DNA from: Spirochaetales bacterium
GTDB taxonomy: Bacteria > Spirochaetota > Spirochaetia > JABEVK01
DNA length: 64,000 nucleotides
Assembly (NCBI GenBank): GCA_037142615.1
Contig: JBAXAI010000017.1
Span: 13,437-77,436, forward strand
Direction: 5' to 3'
The notes under the pieces are model-generated. The model saw only the letters and a program-made list of their open reading frames with translations. It made no database searches and was not told where the DNA came from. Both the position numbers and the translations under genes were made by a program. The number at the start of each line of letters is the position of its first letter. The stretch's first letter is position 1. Positions 19,030 through 30,498 of the stretch are shown here, piece after piece.

Positions 19030-20201
19030 AGCTGCCCTGGTGCACGGGTCTGCTCGCAATGGTGTCAGTGGCGCTGGTATCGGTGCCTCTGGCAGCGCAG
19101 TCGGTCTTCCCGGGCAATGCGCTGGCGCTGTTGCAGACGGGCCAAGTGGCCGAAGCCCGGGAGCTCGCCCTGGCCGCCCACGAGGCAGATCGCACCAACG
19201 TCGATGCCCTGGTGATCCTGGGTACGGCTGACCTTTACAGCAGCATGGTCTTGCGGCCCGACGAAACCATTTATCATCCGGTAGCCGACCTCAAGGCCGC
19301 CTGGAATCCGGTGCTTCCCTTGAGAGGAGTGCAGGCTGCGGCGGTCTGGTGGAAGGACGTACCCACGCTCGACCCTTCCCGCAATTCGGTTTGGGAGGAT
19401 CTTTCGGGCCTGTACTTCGACGCCGGAAGCCTCAAACAGGCTCTGGACTACGGGAGGCTCGCGGTGGCCGTTCCTGGGGTGAGCGGCGATACCCTTCACA
19501 GGGTGGCCTACCTGGCTGGTTTGGCGCAGGGGTGGCCGGAAATGGTCAGCCTCCTGCAAGGAATGACCGACTCGGCGAACGCAGCGAGGGAAGCCCTCCT
19601 GTATCGGGCTCTCGGTCTTTGGCGAACCAATGACCAAAACTGGAAGACCGCGATGAAGGCCTTTCTGGCGACCCCGGGCGCAGCGATGACCGGAACCAAG
19701 TTGGCGGCCTACCTTTTGAGCGACAAACCGCGCGACACCGACGCCGGCTATCAGGAACTGCTCACGGTAGAACCTGGGTTCCCCAACCTGCTGGTGAAAC
19801 AGAAGTATGCCGACCGTTTTTCGGAGCTGTTTGCCCCCCGGCTGGACCTGGCGAGGAACCTGGCGCAGTACGGCAATTACGACCGCGCCCTGGAACTCTA
19901 CATCGACCTGGAACGGCGCCAGCTCGCCAAGACTCCCGACGAAAAAGCCGCCCTCGCGCTCAACGCGGCGTGGGCCTGGGAATCGGCTGGGCGCTATCCG
20001 GAAGCGACAAATGCGTGGAAACTGGTCGCGGTGGCCAAGGATTTCTACGCCCGCAGCGCTGCCTGCTGGTTCCTGGGACGTTCAGCCCGTGAAGGCGGTC
20101 AACTGGCCGAAGCCCGCAGTTGGTGGACCCAAGTCGCCGACGAACCCGCCCGCAGCAAGTATGCCGCGTGGTGCGCCACCGAACTCAAGAAATTGAACTA
20201 G
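19026..20201 (+). CDS. Exported TPR-like helical protein
   Basis: Signal peptide, Ala-rich TPR-like helices; TTG overlaps lnt stop; start uncertain. Confidence 0.75.
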   Translation: MKLPWCTGLLAMVSVALVSVPLAAQSVFPGNALALLQTGQVAEARELALAAHEADRTNVDALVILGTADLYSSMVLRPDETIYHPVADLKAAWNPVLPLRGVQAAAVWWKDVPTLDPSRNSVWEDLSGLYFDAGSLKQALDYGRLAVAVPGVSGDTLHRVAYLAGLAQGWPEMVSLLQGMTDSANAAREALLYRALGLWRTNDQNWKTAMKAFLATPGAAMTGTKLAAYLLSDKPRDTDAGYQELLTVEPGFPNLLVKQKYADRFSELFAPRLDLARNLAQYGNYDRALELYIDLERRQLAKTPDEKAALALNAAWAWESAGRYPEATNAWKLVAVAKDFYARSAACWFLGRSAREGGQLAEARSWWTQVADEPARSKYAAWCATELKKLN

Positions 20202-20220
20202 CAGACTGCCGACAGAGGCG

Positions 20221-20366
20221 CAGCCGTCCGAGGCGCAGCCGGCGGCGCCTACTGTAGCAATGGCGACGTAGATCGTGTCGGCGGCAAAGCCGAGGCCGAG
20301 CGAGGAGCGCAGCCGTACGAGAGGTACGGCGAGCACCACAGCCGTCCGAGGCGCAGCCGGCGGCGC
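20221..20366. repeat. 28-bp direct repeat pair flanking a hairpin (REP-like element)
   Basis: CAGCCGTCCGAGGCGCAGCCGGCGGCGC at 20221-20248 and 20339-20366; GCCGTAC-GAGAG-GTACGGC hairpin at 20312-20330. Confidence 0.75.
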
Positions 20367-20372
20367 GAGATT

Positions 20373-22148
<1,776 letters not shown>

Positions 22149-22279
22149 GGCACCTCCAAGGAATGGAACTGGTCAAGGGTGTTTGCTTGGTAATGGTTTC
22201 AACGCTGATTTTTGGGGGGAATTGGAAAGTGGCCCATCTGGCCTGAAGCGTCTGCGTCAGCAGAGGCAAGAACTTGTTC

Positions 22280-22308
22280 ATTATCAAACAGGCGGGACCG
22301 CCTGTCAA
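22280..22308 (-). promoter_or_regulatory. rho promoter with overlapping palindrome
   Basis: TTGACA-N17-GATAAT; ACAGGCGG-GA-CCGCCTGT inverted repeat at 22288-22305. Confidence 0.6.
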
Positions 22309-22329
22309 GCGGTGAGCCCCCGCCAAGGC

Positions 22330-22743
22330 TCAGAGTGTTTCCAGCGATTGTTTGAGTTGCGTGGCCGTGGCCGAAAAAATGTCGAGGCTGTCGGAGTTCT
22401 TGAGCATTTCGACCTTGCCTTCAAAGACAACCCCGTCGTCCATCTTCAATTGCGACGTGCGGACGTTGCCGAACACCTTTCCGGTGGCGAGCATTTCCGT
22501 CTGTTCAGTGGCCTCGATGTTCCCCTTCACGGTCCCGGCCACAATGATCGAACCCACTCGGATGTCAGCCAAGACCTCGGCACCCTTGCCGATCACGAGG
22601 GCGCCGCCGGACTCGATAACCCCTTCGCATCGACCAAAGATCTTGAGCGAGTCGCGGAAACGCAAGGTCCCACGGAACACGGTTTCGGGTCCGAGAATGG
22701 TTTTGATGTCCTGATCGATCTGAAGGGGGGGCTTGGAACTCAT
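22330..22743 (-). CDS. Bactofilin (polymer-forming cytoskeletal protein)
   Basis: TILGPETVFRGTL...GKVFGNV...LKMDDGVVFEG beta-helix pattern. Confidence 0.9.
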   Translation of the reverse strand: MSSKPPLQIDQDIKTILGPETVFRGTLRFRDSLKIFGRCEGVIESGGALVIGKGAEVLADIRVGSIIVAGTVKGNIEATEQTEMLATGKVFGNVRTSQLKMDDGVVFEGKVEMLKNSDSLDIFSATATQLKQSLETL

Positions 22744-22961
22744 TTGTGGGTCATGGTGAAGACGCCGTCCCAGTCTTCCGGAGGGGGATTCTCGATCAGG
22801 TCGCGACAACGCCGGGCGTACTCTTTCGAGGGACCGTCCTTGGGATCAACCAGCAACGCCTGATCAAAAAGTTCGAGGGCTTTGGTAAACTCCATCAGTT
22901 TGTAACACTTGCGTCCGGCAGCGAACAAACGGAGTACTTCCTGTTTTTCGGCGCTAATCAT
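22740..22961 (-). CDS. Small TPR-like protein
   Basis: 73 aa, DPKDGPS...PPPEDWDGV, similar to the C-terminal TPR module of some adenylate cyclases. Confidence 0.8.
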   Translation of the reverse strand: MISAEKQEVLRLFAAGRKCYKLMEFTKALELFDQALLVDPKDGPSKEYARRCRDLIENPPPEDWDGVFTMTHK

Positions 22962-22977
22962 GCCCGGCTCCTTGAGT

Positions 22978-23694
22978 TCAGTGGCTGGTGCCGTTGAAAT
23001 GTTTCTGGAACTTCTCTTCCAGGTCCTGAAGGGTGACTTCCGACTGCTTGAGCTTGTCGCCCTCGGACTTCAACGCGTGGATCTCGTCCCGCAGGCCTTC
23101 GAGGGCAGCGAGCACTTCCTCGCCTTCCTTGATCACGAGTTGCTGAAAAGTCCCGACGTTCTTTTGGTTGGCGAGGTCGAGGCTTCGGGCCGTGGTGATC
23201 ATCTCGTCCATGGGCCTCTTGAGGTGATCGGTAAAGTACAACAGCGACTGGTTGAGGCTCTCAATGAGAGCGATACGCCGTTCGCGGTTGACAACCTGGT
23301 GAGCCAGTTCTTTATTGCGAAGCACCGCCCGGATTCGGGCCAGCACTTCGGAAAAATTAAACGGCTTGGTGATGTAGTCTTCGATGCCGAGCTCAAAACC
23401 TTCGATCTTGTCTTTCACGGCGTCCATCGCCGAGAACATGATGATAGGTATGTCACGGAATTGTTCGTAGGCTTTGCTTTTTTTGAGAATCTTGGTGAGT
23501 TCCCAGCCGGTCATCTTCGGCATGATGTTGTCGAGGATGATAAGGTCGGGTTTGTCCTGCTGGATCATCTCCAGGGCTTCCTCCCCGTCTTCCGCCATGA
23601 CGACTTCAAAACCAAGGCGGGACAGCATGACGTCGAAGAAGTCGAGATTGATGGGCTCATCGTCGACGATCAGGATTTTGCCTTTCAGTGACAC
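22978..23694 (-). CDS. Response regulator (REC + coiled-coil output, no evident DNA-binding domain)
   Basis: ILIVDDE, LIILDNIMP, DYITKPF; GTG start with GGAG. Confidence 0.9.
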   Translation of the reverse strand: MSLKGKILIVDDEPINLDFFDVMLSRLGFEVVMAEDGEEALEMIQQDKPDLIILDNIMPKMTGWELTKILKKSKAYEQFRDIPIIMFSAMDAVKDKIEGFELGIEDYITKPFNFSEVLARIRAVLRNKELAHQVVNRERRIALIESLNQSLLYFTDHLKRPMDEMITTARSLDLANQKNVGTFQQLVIKEGEEVLAALEGLRDEIHALKSEGDKLKQSEVTLQDLEEKFQKHFNGTSH

Positions 23695-23743
23695 GTTTCT
23701 CTCCAGTTGGATGATCTTCCTATAGGATGAAACCCTTGTCAAT

Positions 23744-25294
23744 CTAAATCGCCCGAGGGCGACCCCGCCACCGGCGCTCAAGGGCCCAAAAGGCGGGAAT
23801 TCCGAGCAAAAAACTAAGGAAAATCGCCCCAAAATCGCCCCAGCGGGTGTAAATCGTCGGCTTGCTGATACCCACCCAAACGGGGGCAGCCAGCACTCCG
23901 CGGACCCCGACGGCGAGGCTGGCGGTGACCCTTCCCCGCGAGTCGATCACCGCCGTTCGACCGTCGTTACCAGCGCGGACCAACGGCAAGCGGGTCTCTG
24001 CCGAGCGGAACACAGCCAGCGCCAGATGCTGATTGCGGGCGGCGGTTCCTGTGGTCCACGAATCGTTGGTCAGGTTGACCAGCAGGTTGGCTCCTGCAAG
24101 AGCGAAGGCCCTCGAGGCGTCAGGAAAAGCATCCTCGTAGCAGATGGGGGTTCCCAGTACCAACGGACCCGCATGCAAGACCTCGAACGTCGTCCCAGCC
24201 TCCCAAAAATGCGAGCCGTTGCGTTCGAGCAACTGACGCAACCAAGGAAGCTGGTCCTTCCAGGGCAGGCTCTCGGTAAAGGGCACCAAACGGTTCTTCA
24301 AGTACCGGTCGGCCCAACCGCCGTTCCACAGCAAGGCAGCGTTGTAGTCGAGCCGGGTCTTGCCGTCGGGGGCCAGCACGCCGTGGTCGTTGCCGAGGAC
24401 AAACGTTGTCGCTGAGTTAGCCAGAAAGACTTCGAGTCTCTTCACGAGCTGCCAGGAGGTTGGGTCGGGTCGGTAGCGGGTATGCCAGTCGATACCGGGG
24501 ACAAAGGCAGTTTCTGGCCACACGACCAGGTCAGGTTTGTCGGCCAGCGCCTTCGTGGACAGCTCAAGCAAGGTGTCGAGGGCGCCGCTGTAGGTTTCCA
24601 CCCCCCCCTTCCAGGGATCCTGGGCATTTTGAACCAGGGCTACCCGGACAGGCCCCCCTCCCTCGTCCTGTCCGAGAATCCACCAGCCGTAGCCGAAGTT
24701 GAGGACGAGCAGGACACCCGCCAGTGCCAGATCGAGCCAAGGCAACAGGGGCAAGGCCGCTCCGGCAGCAGAAACCAAGGCGAGCAGGTAGGTTAGTCCG
24801 GTAGTTCCCAGGAGATCAGCGGATTGAAAAGCGACGGGAAAGAAGGCCTGAGTCGAGGCGAGGCTTCCGTAGGGGAACGCAAGCCAACCGAGATTGCGCA
24901 CAGCCTCGAAGACCGCCCAGAGCGCCGCCTGGAACCAAATCCCAACGAGCCTGGACTTTTTCGGGGGCACCCAGCGCCAAAGCAGGCTCGAAAGCGCAAA
25001 AACCGCAGCGTACTGAGGTACCATCACAAGAAGTACAATGGGGAAGGCCAACGGGTGAAACCCCAACAGCCAAGAGCAGGAAGTGAGAAACAGGGTGGTT
25101 GCAAACAAGGCCCCACCGGCGGCGCTGGCAACCCAAGCATGGCGCCGGGTGAACCAGAACGATGGAAACAACGCTAGCCAACCGAACGCCGCCAAGCCCT
25201 CCGGAAACAGCTCGGAGGGCAACGCCAAGGCCAGGACGACGGCGCTCACTACGGGCGCCAGAAACTCCACAGCCCCAGGCAGAGGCTTGCGCAC
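23744..25294 (-). CDS. lnt: Apolipoprotein N-acyltransferase (copy 2)
   Basis: WPETA / YLKNRLVPFTE / PICYED triad, NLTNDSW. Confidence 0.92.
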   Translation of the reverse strand: MRKPLPGAVEFLAPVVSAVVLALALPSELFPEGLAAFGWLALFPSFWFTRRHAWVASAAGGALFATTLFLTSCSWLLGFHPLAFPIVLLVMVPQYAAVFALSSLLWRWVPPKKSRLVGIWFQAALWAVFEAVRNLGWLAFPYGSLASTQAFFPVAFQSADLLGTTGLTYLLALVSAAGAALPLLPWLDLALAGVLLVLNFGYGWWILGQDEGGGPVRVALVQNAQDPWKGGVETYSGALDTLLELSTKALADKPDLVVWPETAFVPGIDWHTRYRPDPTSWQLVKRLEVFLANSATTFVLGNDHGVLAPDGKTRLDYNAALLWNGGWADRYLKNRLVPFTESLPWKDQLPWLRQLLERNGSHFWEAGTTFEVLHAGPLVLGTPICYEDAFPDASRAFALAGANLLVNLTNDSWTTGTAARNQHLALAVFRSAETRLPLVRAGNDGRTAVIDSRGRVTASLAVGVRGVLAAPVWVGISKPTIYTRWGDFGAIFLSFLLGIPAFWALERRWRGRPRAI

Positions 25295-25297
25295 GAA

Positions 25298-25600
25298 CTA
25301 CTCGCGCAGTTCCCAGGTCTTCTTCTTGAGATCCTTGCCCGGACGGAACACGGTCACCCCGTGGTTCTGAACAGGCACCACTTCCCCGGTTTTGGGGTTG
25401 CGGGCTTTCTCGCGGCCCTTACGGGTGCGGATTTCGAAAGTGCCAAACCCACGGAGTTCGACCACGCGGTCGTCCATGAGAGCGTCTTTCACCTCGTCGA
25501 AGAACTGGTCGATCACCCCGTGGATGATCTTGCGGTTCACTTGGGTCTTTTCGAAAATGGCCTCGATGATCTCGGCCTTGGTCAGCTTGGGAGTGGACAC
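25298..25600 (-). CDS. HU/IHF-family DNA-binding protein (Hbb-like)
   Basis: VELRGFGTF, ARNPKTGE, FRPGK; lies directly after rpsT. Confidence 0.93.
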   Translation of the reverse strand: MSTPKLTKAEIIEAIFEKTQVNRKIIHGVIDQFFDEVKDALMDDRVVELRGFGTFEIRTRKGREKARNPKTGEVVPVQNHGVTVFRPGKDLKKKTWELRE

Positions 25601-25628
25601 AGAAGCTCCTCAAGGAAAAAGTTGGAAA

Positions 25629-25895
25629 TCAGGCGGAAACAGCAGCAAGACGTTTAGCGAGACGGGAAAGCTTGCGGGCAACGGTATTCTTGTGAACATG
25701 ACCCTTGCGGGCAGCCGTGGCGAGAGTCTTCTGAACTTTGACGAACTTTTCGCCGTTGGTCACCTTGTCGGAGTCGGCGATACCGTTTTCAAAGGTCTTG
25801 ACGGTGGTGCGAACCATGCTCCGGTACGCCTTGTTGGCAAGGCGGCGGGTGAGGTTCTGGCGGATGCGTTTTTTGGCAGATCGGGAATTGGCCAA
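25629..25895 (-). CDS. rpsT: 30S ribosomal protein S20
   Basis: ANSRSAKKRIRQ...KGHVHKNTVARKLSRL; TTG start after GAGGTG. Confidence 0.96.
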   Translation of the reverse strand: MANSRSAKKRIRQNLTRRLANKAYRSMVRTTVKTFENGIADSDKVTNGEKFVKVQKTLATAARKGHVHKNTVARKLSRLAKRLAAVSA

Positions 25896-26014
25896 GGAGA
25901 TCACCTCTCAGTAAGTTATTGTTTTACAACAGAAAAGGAAATTATCAAACTCTCGGGTCACCTGTCAAGAGAACACTGGAGCCCGAGCGCAGAATTCCGT
26001 ATATTGGGTTCAAC

Positions 26015-27742
26015 GTGCTGAAAACTTTCGCCTCTCTCCTCCCCTATTTGAAACGCTATGGCTGGTGGTACTTCGCCGGTCTACTTTGCCTTTTGGTGAC
26101 CAATGCCGGGCAAATCCAGTTCCCCCAATGGCTCAAGCAGGCGGTCAACCAGATCGCCAGCGGCCACCCGGACACCGAGGCCGTGGCGGGCCTGATGGTG
26201 GGCATGGCCGTGACAGCGCTGCTGATAGCCCTGGGGAGGATAGGTTGGCGGGTCTTCCTCATCGGAGCGGCCCGACGGATCGAAAAGGAACTGAGGGAAG
26301 ACCTCGTGAACCACCTGATGTCGCTCCCGGCTTCGTGGTTTGCCAACCAGCGTACTGGCGACCTTCTTGCCCGCGCCACCAACGACATGGAAGCGGTTCG
26401 AATGTCGATCGGCATGGTGCTGGTGGCCCTCACCGACGCGGTGACCATCTCGGGAGCGGTGCTGGTCTTCTTGCTGGTGCAAGACCCGGTGCTCGGGCTC
26501 ATCATTGTGTCGCCCCTGCCCGTGATCACCGTGCTCATCGTGGTTTTTGGGGGCCGAGTCGGCGTTCTGTTCAAAAAAGTGCAGGAAGAATACTCGGCGC
26601 TGAGCACATTTGTGCAGGAAACGCTGGCGGGAAGCCGAGTGATCAAGGCCTTTGTGCAGGAAGCGACGATGGACGCCAAGTTCCGTGCCGCGAATCAGGC
26701 TTACCTCAACGCCAACATGGAACTAGTCAAGCTGTGGGGGTTCTTCTTCCCCATCATCACGGCGCTGTCGGGGTTGTCCGCGCTGTTCCTGCTGTACTGG
26801 GGTGGCCAGGACGTGATGAGCGGCAAGTTGAGCCCGGGCGACTTTACCGCCTACCTTTCGTATCTGGGCATGCTGATCTGGCCGCTCATGGGTGCCGGCA
26901 TGGTGGTCAACTGGCTTCAGCGGGGCGCCGCGAGCTTGGCCCGCATTCGGGAAGTGATCGATACCCAGCCAGCCATCGTGGCCGAAGGCGATCTGCCCCG
27001 CCCGGAAACCTTTGACTTGGAAGTGCGCGGCCTGAGTTTCGCCTACGGTGAGGGGCCCGAAGTGTTGCATGGGTTGAATCTGACCGTCGGACAAGGCCAG
27101 TTTGTCGGCCTGCTCGGGCGTGTGGGGAGCGGTAAGACCACCTTGACGGCGCTGTTGCCCCGCACCTTTGACCCGCCGCCGGGAACGGTTTTTCTGGGCG
27201 GTCAGGACATTCGGAACTACCGCCTGAATGACCTTCGCTCGTGCTTCAGCGTGGTCCCGCAGTCGACGTTCCTGTTTTCCGACACGATCCGCAACAACAT
27301 CGCCTTCGCCCGGCCCGAGACGCCCGATGCCCGCCTGCGCGAAATGGCCGAGCTGTCGACCATCAGCCGCGACATCGATACCCTGAGCCACGGCTGGGAC
27401 ACCGAAGTAGGCGAACGCGGGGTAACGCTCTCGGGCGGTCAAAAGCAGCGGCTTTCGCTTTCGCGGGCGCTCAACGTCGATGCACCCATCTTGATCCTCG
27501 ACGACGCGCTTTCGGCTGTCGATCTCGAGACCGAGGAGAAAATCATCACCCACCTTCGGGAGACCCGCGCGGGCAAGACCAACCTGCTGATCAGCCACCG
27601 GGTGGCGACGCTGCGTCACTGCGACCTGATCGTGGTGCTCGACGATGGGCGCGTGGTCGACCAGGGCACACACGCCGAGCTCATGGCCCGCGACGGCTTT
27701 TACGCCGAGACCGCACGCTTGCAGCACGTGGAGAACCGATGA
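26015..27742 (+). CDS. ABC exporter TMD-NBD (subunit with degenerate Walker B)
   Basis: GRVGSGKT, LSGGQKQR, ILDDALSAVD. Confidence 0.92.
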   Translation: MLKTFASLLPYLKRYGWWYFAGLLCLLVTNAGQIQFPQWLKQAVNQIASGHPDTEAVAGLMVGMAVTALLIALGRIGWRVFLIGAARRIEKELREDLVNHLMSLPASWFANQRTGDLLARATNDMEAVRMSIGMVLVALTDAVTISGAVLVFLLVQDPVLGLIIVSPLPVITVLIVVFGGRVGVLFKKVQEEYSALSTFVQETLAGSRVIKAFVQEATMDAKFRAANQAYLNANMELVKLWGFFFPIITALSGLSALFLLYWGGQDVMSGKLSPGDFTAYLSYLGMLIWPLMGAGMVVNWLQRGAASLARIREVIDTQPAIVAEGDLPRPETFDLEVRGLSFAYGEGPEVLHGLNLTVGQGQFVGLLGRVGSGKTTLTALLPRTFDPPPGTVFLGGQDIRNYRLNDLRSCFSVVPQSTFLFSDTIRNNIAFARPETPDARLREMAELSTISRDIDTLSHGWDTEVGERGVTLSGGQKQRLSLSRALNVDAPILILDDALSAVDLETEEKIITHLRETRAGKTNLLISHRVATLRHCDLIVVLDDGRVVDQGTHAELMARDGFYAETARLQHVENR

Positions 27743-29520
27743 GCACGCCCGCCAACGACCTCATCCGAGGCGCCAACCTGCGACTTCTGGGCCAACTCAT
27801 GGGCACTTTGCGACCCTACTTCTGGCCCGTGCTCACTTCGGTGATCGCGCTGGCGATCGGGGCCCTTTCCGAGCTGGCGGTTCCCCTGCTATTGCAAAAT
27901 GGCATCGATAAGGGCTTTCTTGCAAAGGACTTACCTCATCTGACGCTCGTGAGCGCAGGCATTTTGGTTGCCATCGTCGTCACCATGCTGGCGTCGTTTT
28001 ACCAAGTGTACATGCTGTCAAAAATCTCGCAGTGCGTGATGCTCGACCTGCGAACCGCGCTGCTGGCCCGGTTCCAGCGCCAAAGCTCGGCCTCGTTGCT
28101 GGGGCATCCGCAGGGCAAACTGGTTTCGGCGGTCACCAGCGATGTTTCGACACTCAGCGACTTTTTCAGCACGCTGTTCACTTCGCTGCTCAAGGACTTC
28201 GTGATGATGTTCGGCGTGGTGGTGGCGCTGTTTCTGCTCAACCCCGTGCTGGCCTTCTGGACTGTCATCACCTTACCGCCAGTGTTGGTGTTGGTGGTGC
28301 TCTTTGGTCGCTGGAACCGCAAGGCCAACCGCCGCGTGAGGGCTCAGGTCGGGCGCGTTACGGCGTTTCTGGCAGAGCACATCCAGGGCATCGGCATCGT
28401 TCAGCTGTTCGGCCGCCAGCAGGCTGCCAAGGTGACTTTCAGTGTCGAGAACACGGCCTTGCTCGAGGCCAATCTGGCCGAACGAACTGTGAACGCAGTG
28501 TTCCGGCCGATCATTGACGTGTTGTGGGCCGTTTCGCTGGGCTTTCTGGTGTGGTTCGGCACCGACCTGTTCCTGCATCCGGTTGTCGGAGCTTCGTTGA
28601 CGGTCGGCGTGCTCATCGCGTTCATTACCCTCGTCACACGGTTCTACAATCCGGTGGCAAGCTTGGCAGAGAACTTCACTGCGTTGCAGTCAGCCTTGGC
28701 CGGGGCCGAGCGCGTGTTCCATTTCTTGGGCAGCGACGAAACGATACCCGACACGGGCGCCCTGACACTCGACGGTGCGCCGAACGGCAACATCGCCTTT
28801 TGCCAGGTACACTTCCGGTATCTGCCCGAAGAGCCCGTGCTGCAAGGTCTGGATTTTGAGGTACGAGAAGGCCAAACGGTGGCCCTCGTGGGCACGACTG
28901 GTGCCGGCAAAACGACCGTGACGAGCCTGCTGACCCGGCTCTGGGACGTTGATGAGGGCTGTATTCTATTGGGAGGGAAGGACTTACGCGAGTACCGTCT
29001 GGACTCTCTGCGGGGTGGAATCCAAAGTGTGTTGCAGGATGTGTTCTTGTTTTCGGGGAGCGTCTTCGACAACATTGACCTGGGGCGGGGGTTGAGCCGC
29101 GGACGCATTGAGGACGTGTGCCGTCAGGTTCAGGCGCACGAGTTCATCGCCAAGCTGCCTGCCGGGTACGATACCTTGCTCAACGAAGGTGCCACCAACC
29201 TGAGCACCGGCCAGCGCCAACTGATCTCGTTTGCACGCGTGCTGGCGCAAGACCCGCGGGTGCTCATCCTCGACGAGGCCACCGCCAACATCGACACCGA
29301 AACCGAGGGCAAGATCCAGAAGGCCTTACAGGTGCTGTTGCACGGCCGCACGAGCCTGGTGATCGCGCATCGGCTTTCGACCATCCGCAAGGCCGACCGC
29401 ATCCTGGTGCTCGACCGCGGCGTCATCGTCGAGGCAGGCACCCACGAAGAGCTGCTGAGGCAGGGGGGAATGTACGCCGACCTGTACAAGTTGCAGTTTG
29501 AAAAGGCCGGGAGCCCTTAG
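27739..29520 (+). CDS. ABC exporter TMD-NBD (partner subunit)
   Basis: GTTGAGKT, LSTGQRQ, ILDEATANID; ATGA overlap with the upstream gene. Confidence 0.92.
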   Translation: MSTPANDLIRGANLRLLGQLMGTLRPYFWPVLTSVIALAIGALSELAVPLLLQNGIDKGFLAKDLPHLTLVSAGILVAIVVTMLASFYQVYMLSKISQCVMLDLRTALLARFQRQSSASLLGHPQGKLVSAVTSDVSTLSDFFSTLFTSLLKDFVMMFGVVVALFLLNPVLAFWTVITLPPVLVLVVLFGRWNRKANRRVRAQVGRVTAFLAEHIQGIGIVQLFGRQQAAKVTFSVENTALLEANLAERTVNAVFRPIIDVLWAVSLGFLVWFGTDLFLHPVVGASLTVGVLIAFITLVTRFYNPVASLAENFTALQSALAGAERVFHFLGSDETIPDTGALTLDGAPNGNIAFCQVHFRYLPEEPVLQGLDFEVREGQTVALVGTTGAGKTTVTSLLTRLWDVDEGCILLGGKDLREYRLDSLRGGIQSVLQDVFLFSGSVFDNIDLGRGLSRGRIEDVCRQVQAHEFIAKLPAGYDTLLNEGATNLSTGQRQLISFARVLAQDPRVLILDEATANIDTETEGKIQKALQVLLHGRTSLVIAHRLSTIRKADRILVLDRGVIVEAGTHEELLRQGGMYADLYKLQFEKAGSP

Positions 29521-30026
29521 TGTCTCAGGTCAACGAGTAACCCGTTCAACTCGTCCACCTTGCGCAAAAGCTCGAGGTGGTCTTTCTGGTTGCTCAGCAC
29601 GTAGACCCCAAGCTTGTCGAGTTTGTCGTTGATCACCTGCAATAGGGCGTACTTGGGCTTTTTCATGTCTTTGCGCATTCGGCCCTCGACCTCGGTGAGT
29701 TCCAACGAGCTCGAGACAATCAGCTGGACAAAACGACCCACCGTTTTCTTGTAGGAAATCACGTTTTCGGGACTCGGATAACGCGCCAATTCCTCTCCGG
29801 CAAGGTGCACTTCATCGAGCAGAGATTCCAATTCGGCCTCGGTGGCCGCAAGAGCCCCGGCCGCCGTGGTGCCGATCGAAGGTGCTTCCTGTTCGCGGGT
29901 GCGGAGTAGCCCCAGGAAACCGGCGGCAGGTTTGGCGTCGGTTTTTTTGGGCTTGCGGGAGTCATCTCTGGAGGGTAGAAAGCCGGTCAGCGGTCCCAGG
30001 GGTCCGGGACCGCCCAACCTATCCAT
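29517..30026 (-). CDS. YaaR/DUF327 family protein
   Basis: LLDEVHLAGEEL...YKK.VGRF...VDELNGLLVDL. Confidence 0.85.
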   Translation of the reverse strand: MDRLGGPGPLGPLTGFLPSRDDSRKPKKTDAKPAAGFLGLLRTREQEAPSIGTTAAGALAATEAELESLLDEVHLAGEELARYPSPENVISYKKTVGRFVQLIVSSSLELTEVEGRMRKDMKKPKYALLQVINDKLDKLGVYVLSNQKDHLELLRKVDELNGLLVDLRH

Positions 30027-30498
30027 GGCTGGGGCCAAGGCCGGAGCTTTCGGCCAGGGCCACATCGGCGGGAGTCCGCACTTTAAGTCCCGTGTCGATC
30101 TTGAGGGTGTAGGCCTTTTGGGCCATCAACGGGTGTTCACCGGTTTCGCGGATGCGGGGAGTAGCGCAACAGGAACCGTCGATCACGACACCGTTGTCGA
30201 TCTGGATGCGTGGAGCGTACACGTTGCCAACCACCAATGCAGTCGACATCAACGTGATTTTCTCGCTGGCCGAAAGGTTGCCCTTGATGATACCGCCAAC
30301 CACGATGTCGCGGGCTGTGAGGTTGCCTTTGACGCGCCCGTGGCGGCCCACGAGAATGCGGCCCTCAGTCTGCGCGTTGCCCTGAAAGTCGCCATCGATA
30401 CGGAAAAAGCCGCTGACGCTGAGGTCACCCTTGAAGGACGAGTTTTCGCCGATGATGCTGTTGATGTAGACGGTCGGATCGCCTTCGGGACCCCGCAT
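30019..30498 (-). CDS. Bactofilin
   Basis: NSIIGENSSFKGDL...RIDGDFQG...VVIDG. Confidence 0.9.
   Translation of the reverse strand: MRGPEGDPTVYINSIIGENSSFKGDLSVSGFFRIDGDFQGNAQTEGRILVGRHGRVKGNLTARDIVVGGIIKGNLSASEKITLMSTALVVGNVYAPRIQIDNGVVIDGSCCATPRIRETGEHPLMAQKAYTLKIDTGLKVRTPADVALAESSGLGPSHG

Noticed and set aside
20221-20366. Possible mini CRISPR array
   Set aside because: Only two repeats with a 90-bp gap containing related repeat units; no cas genes or AT-rich leader.
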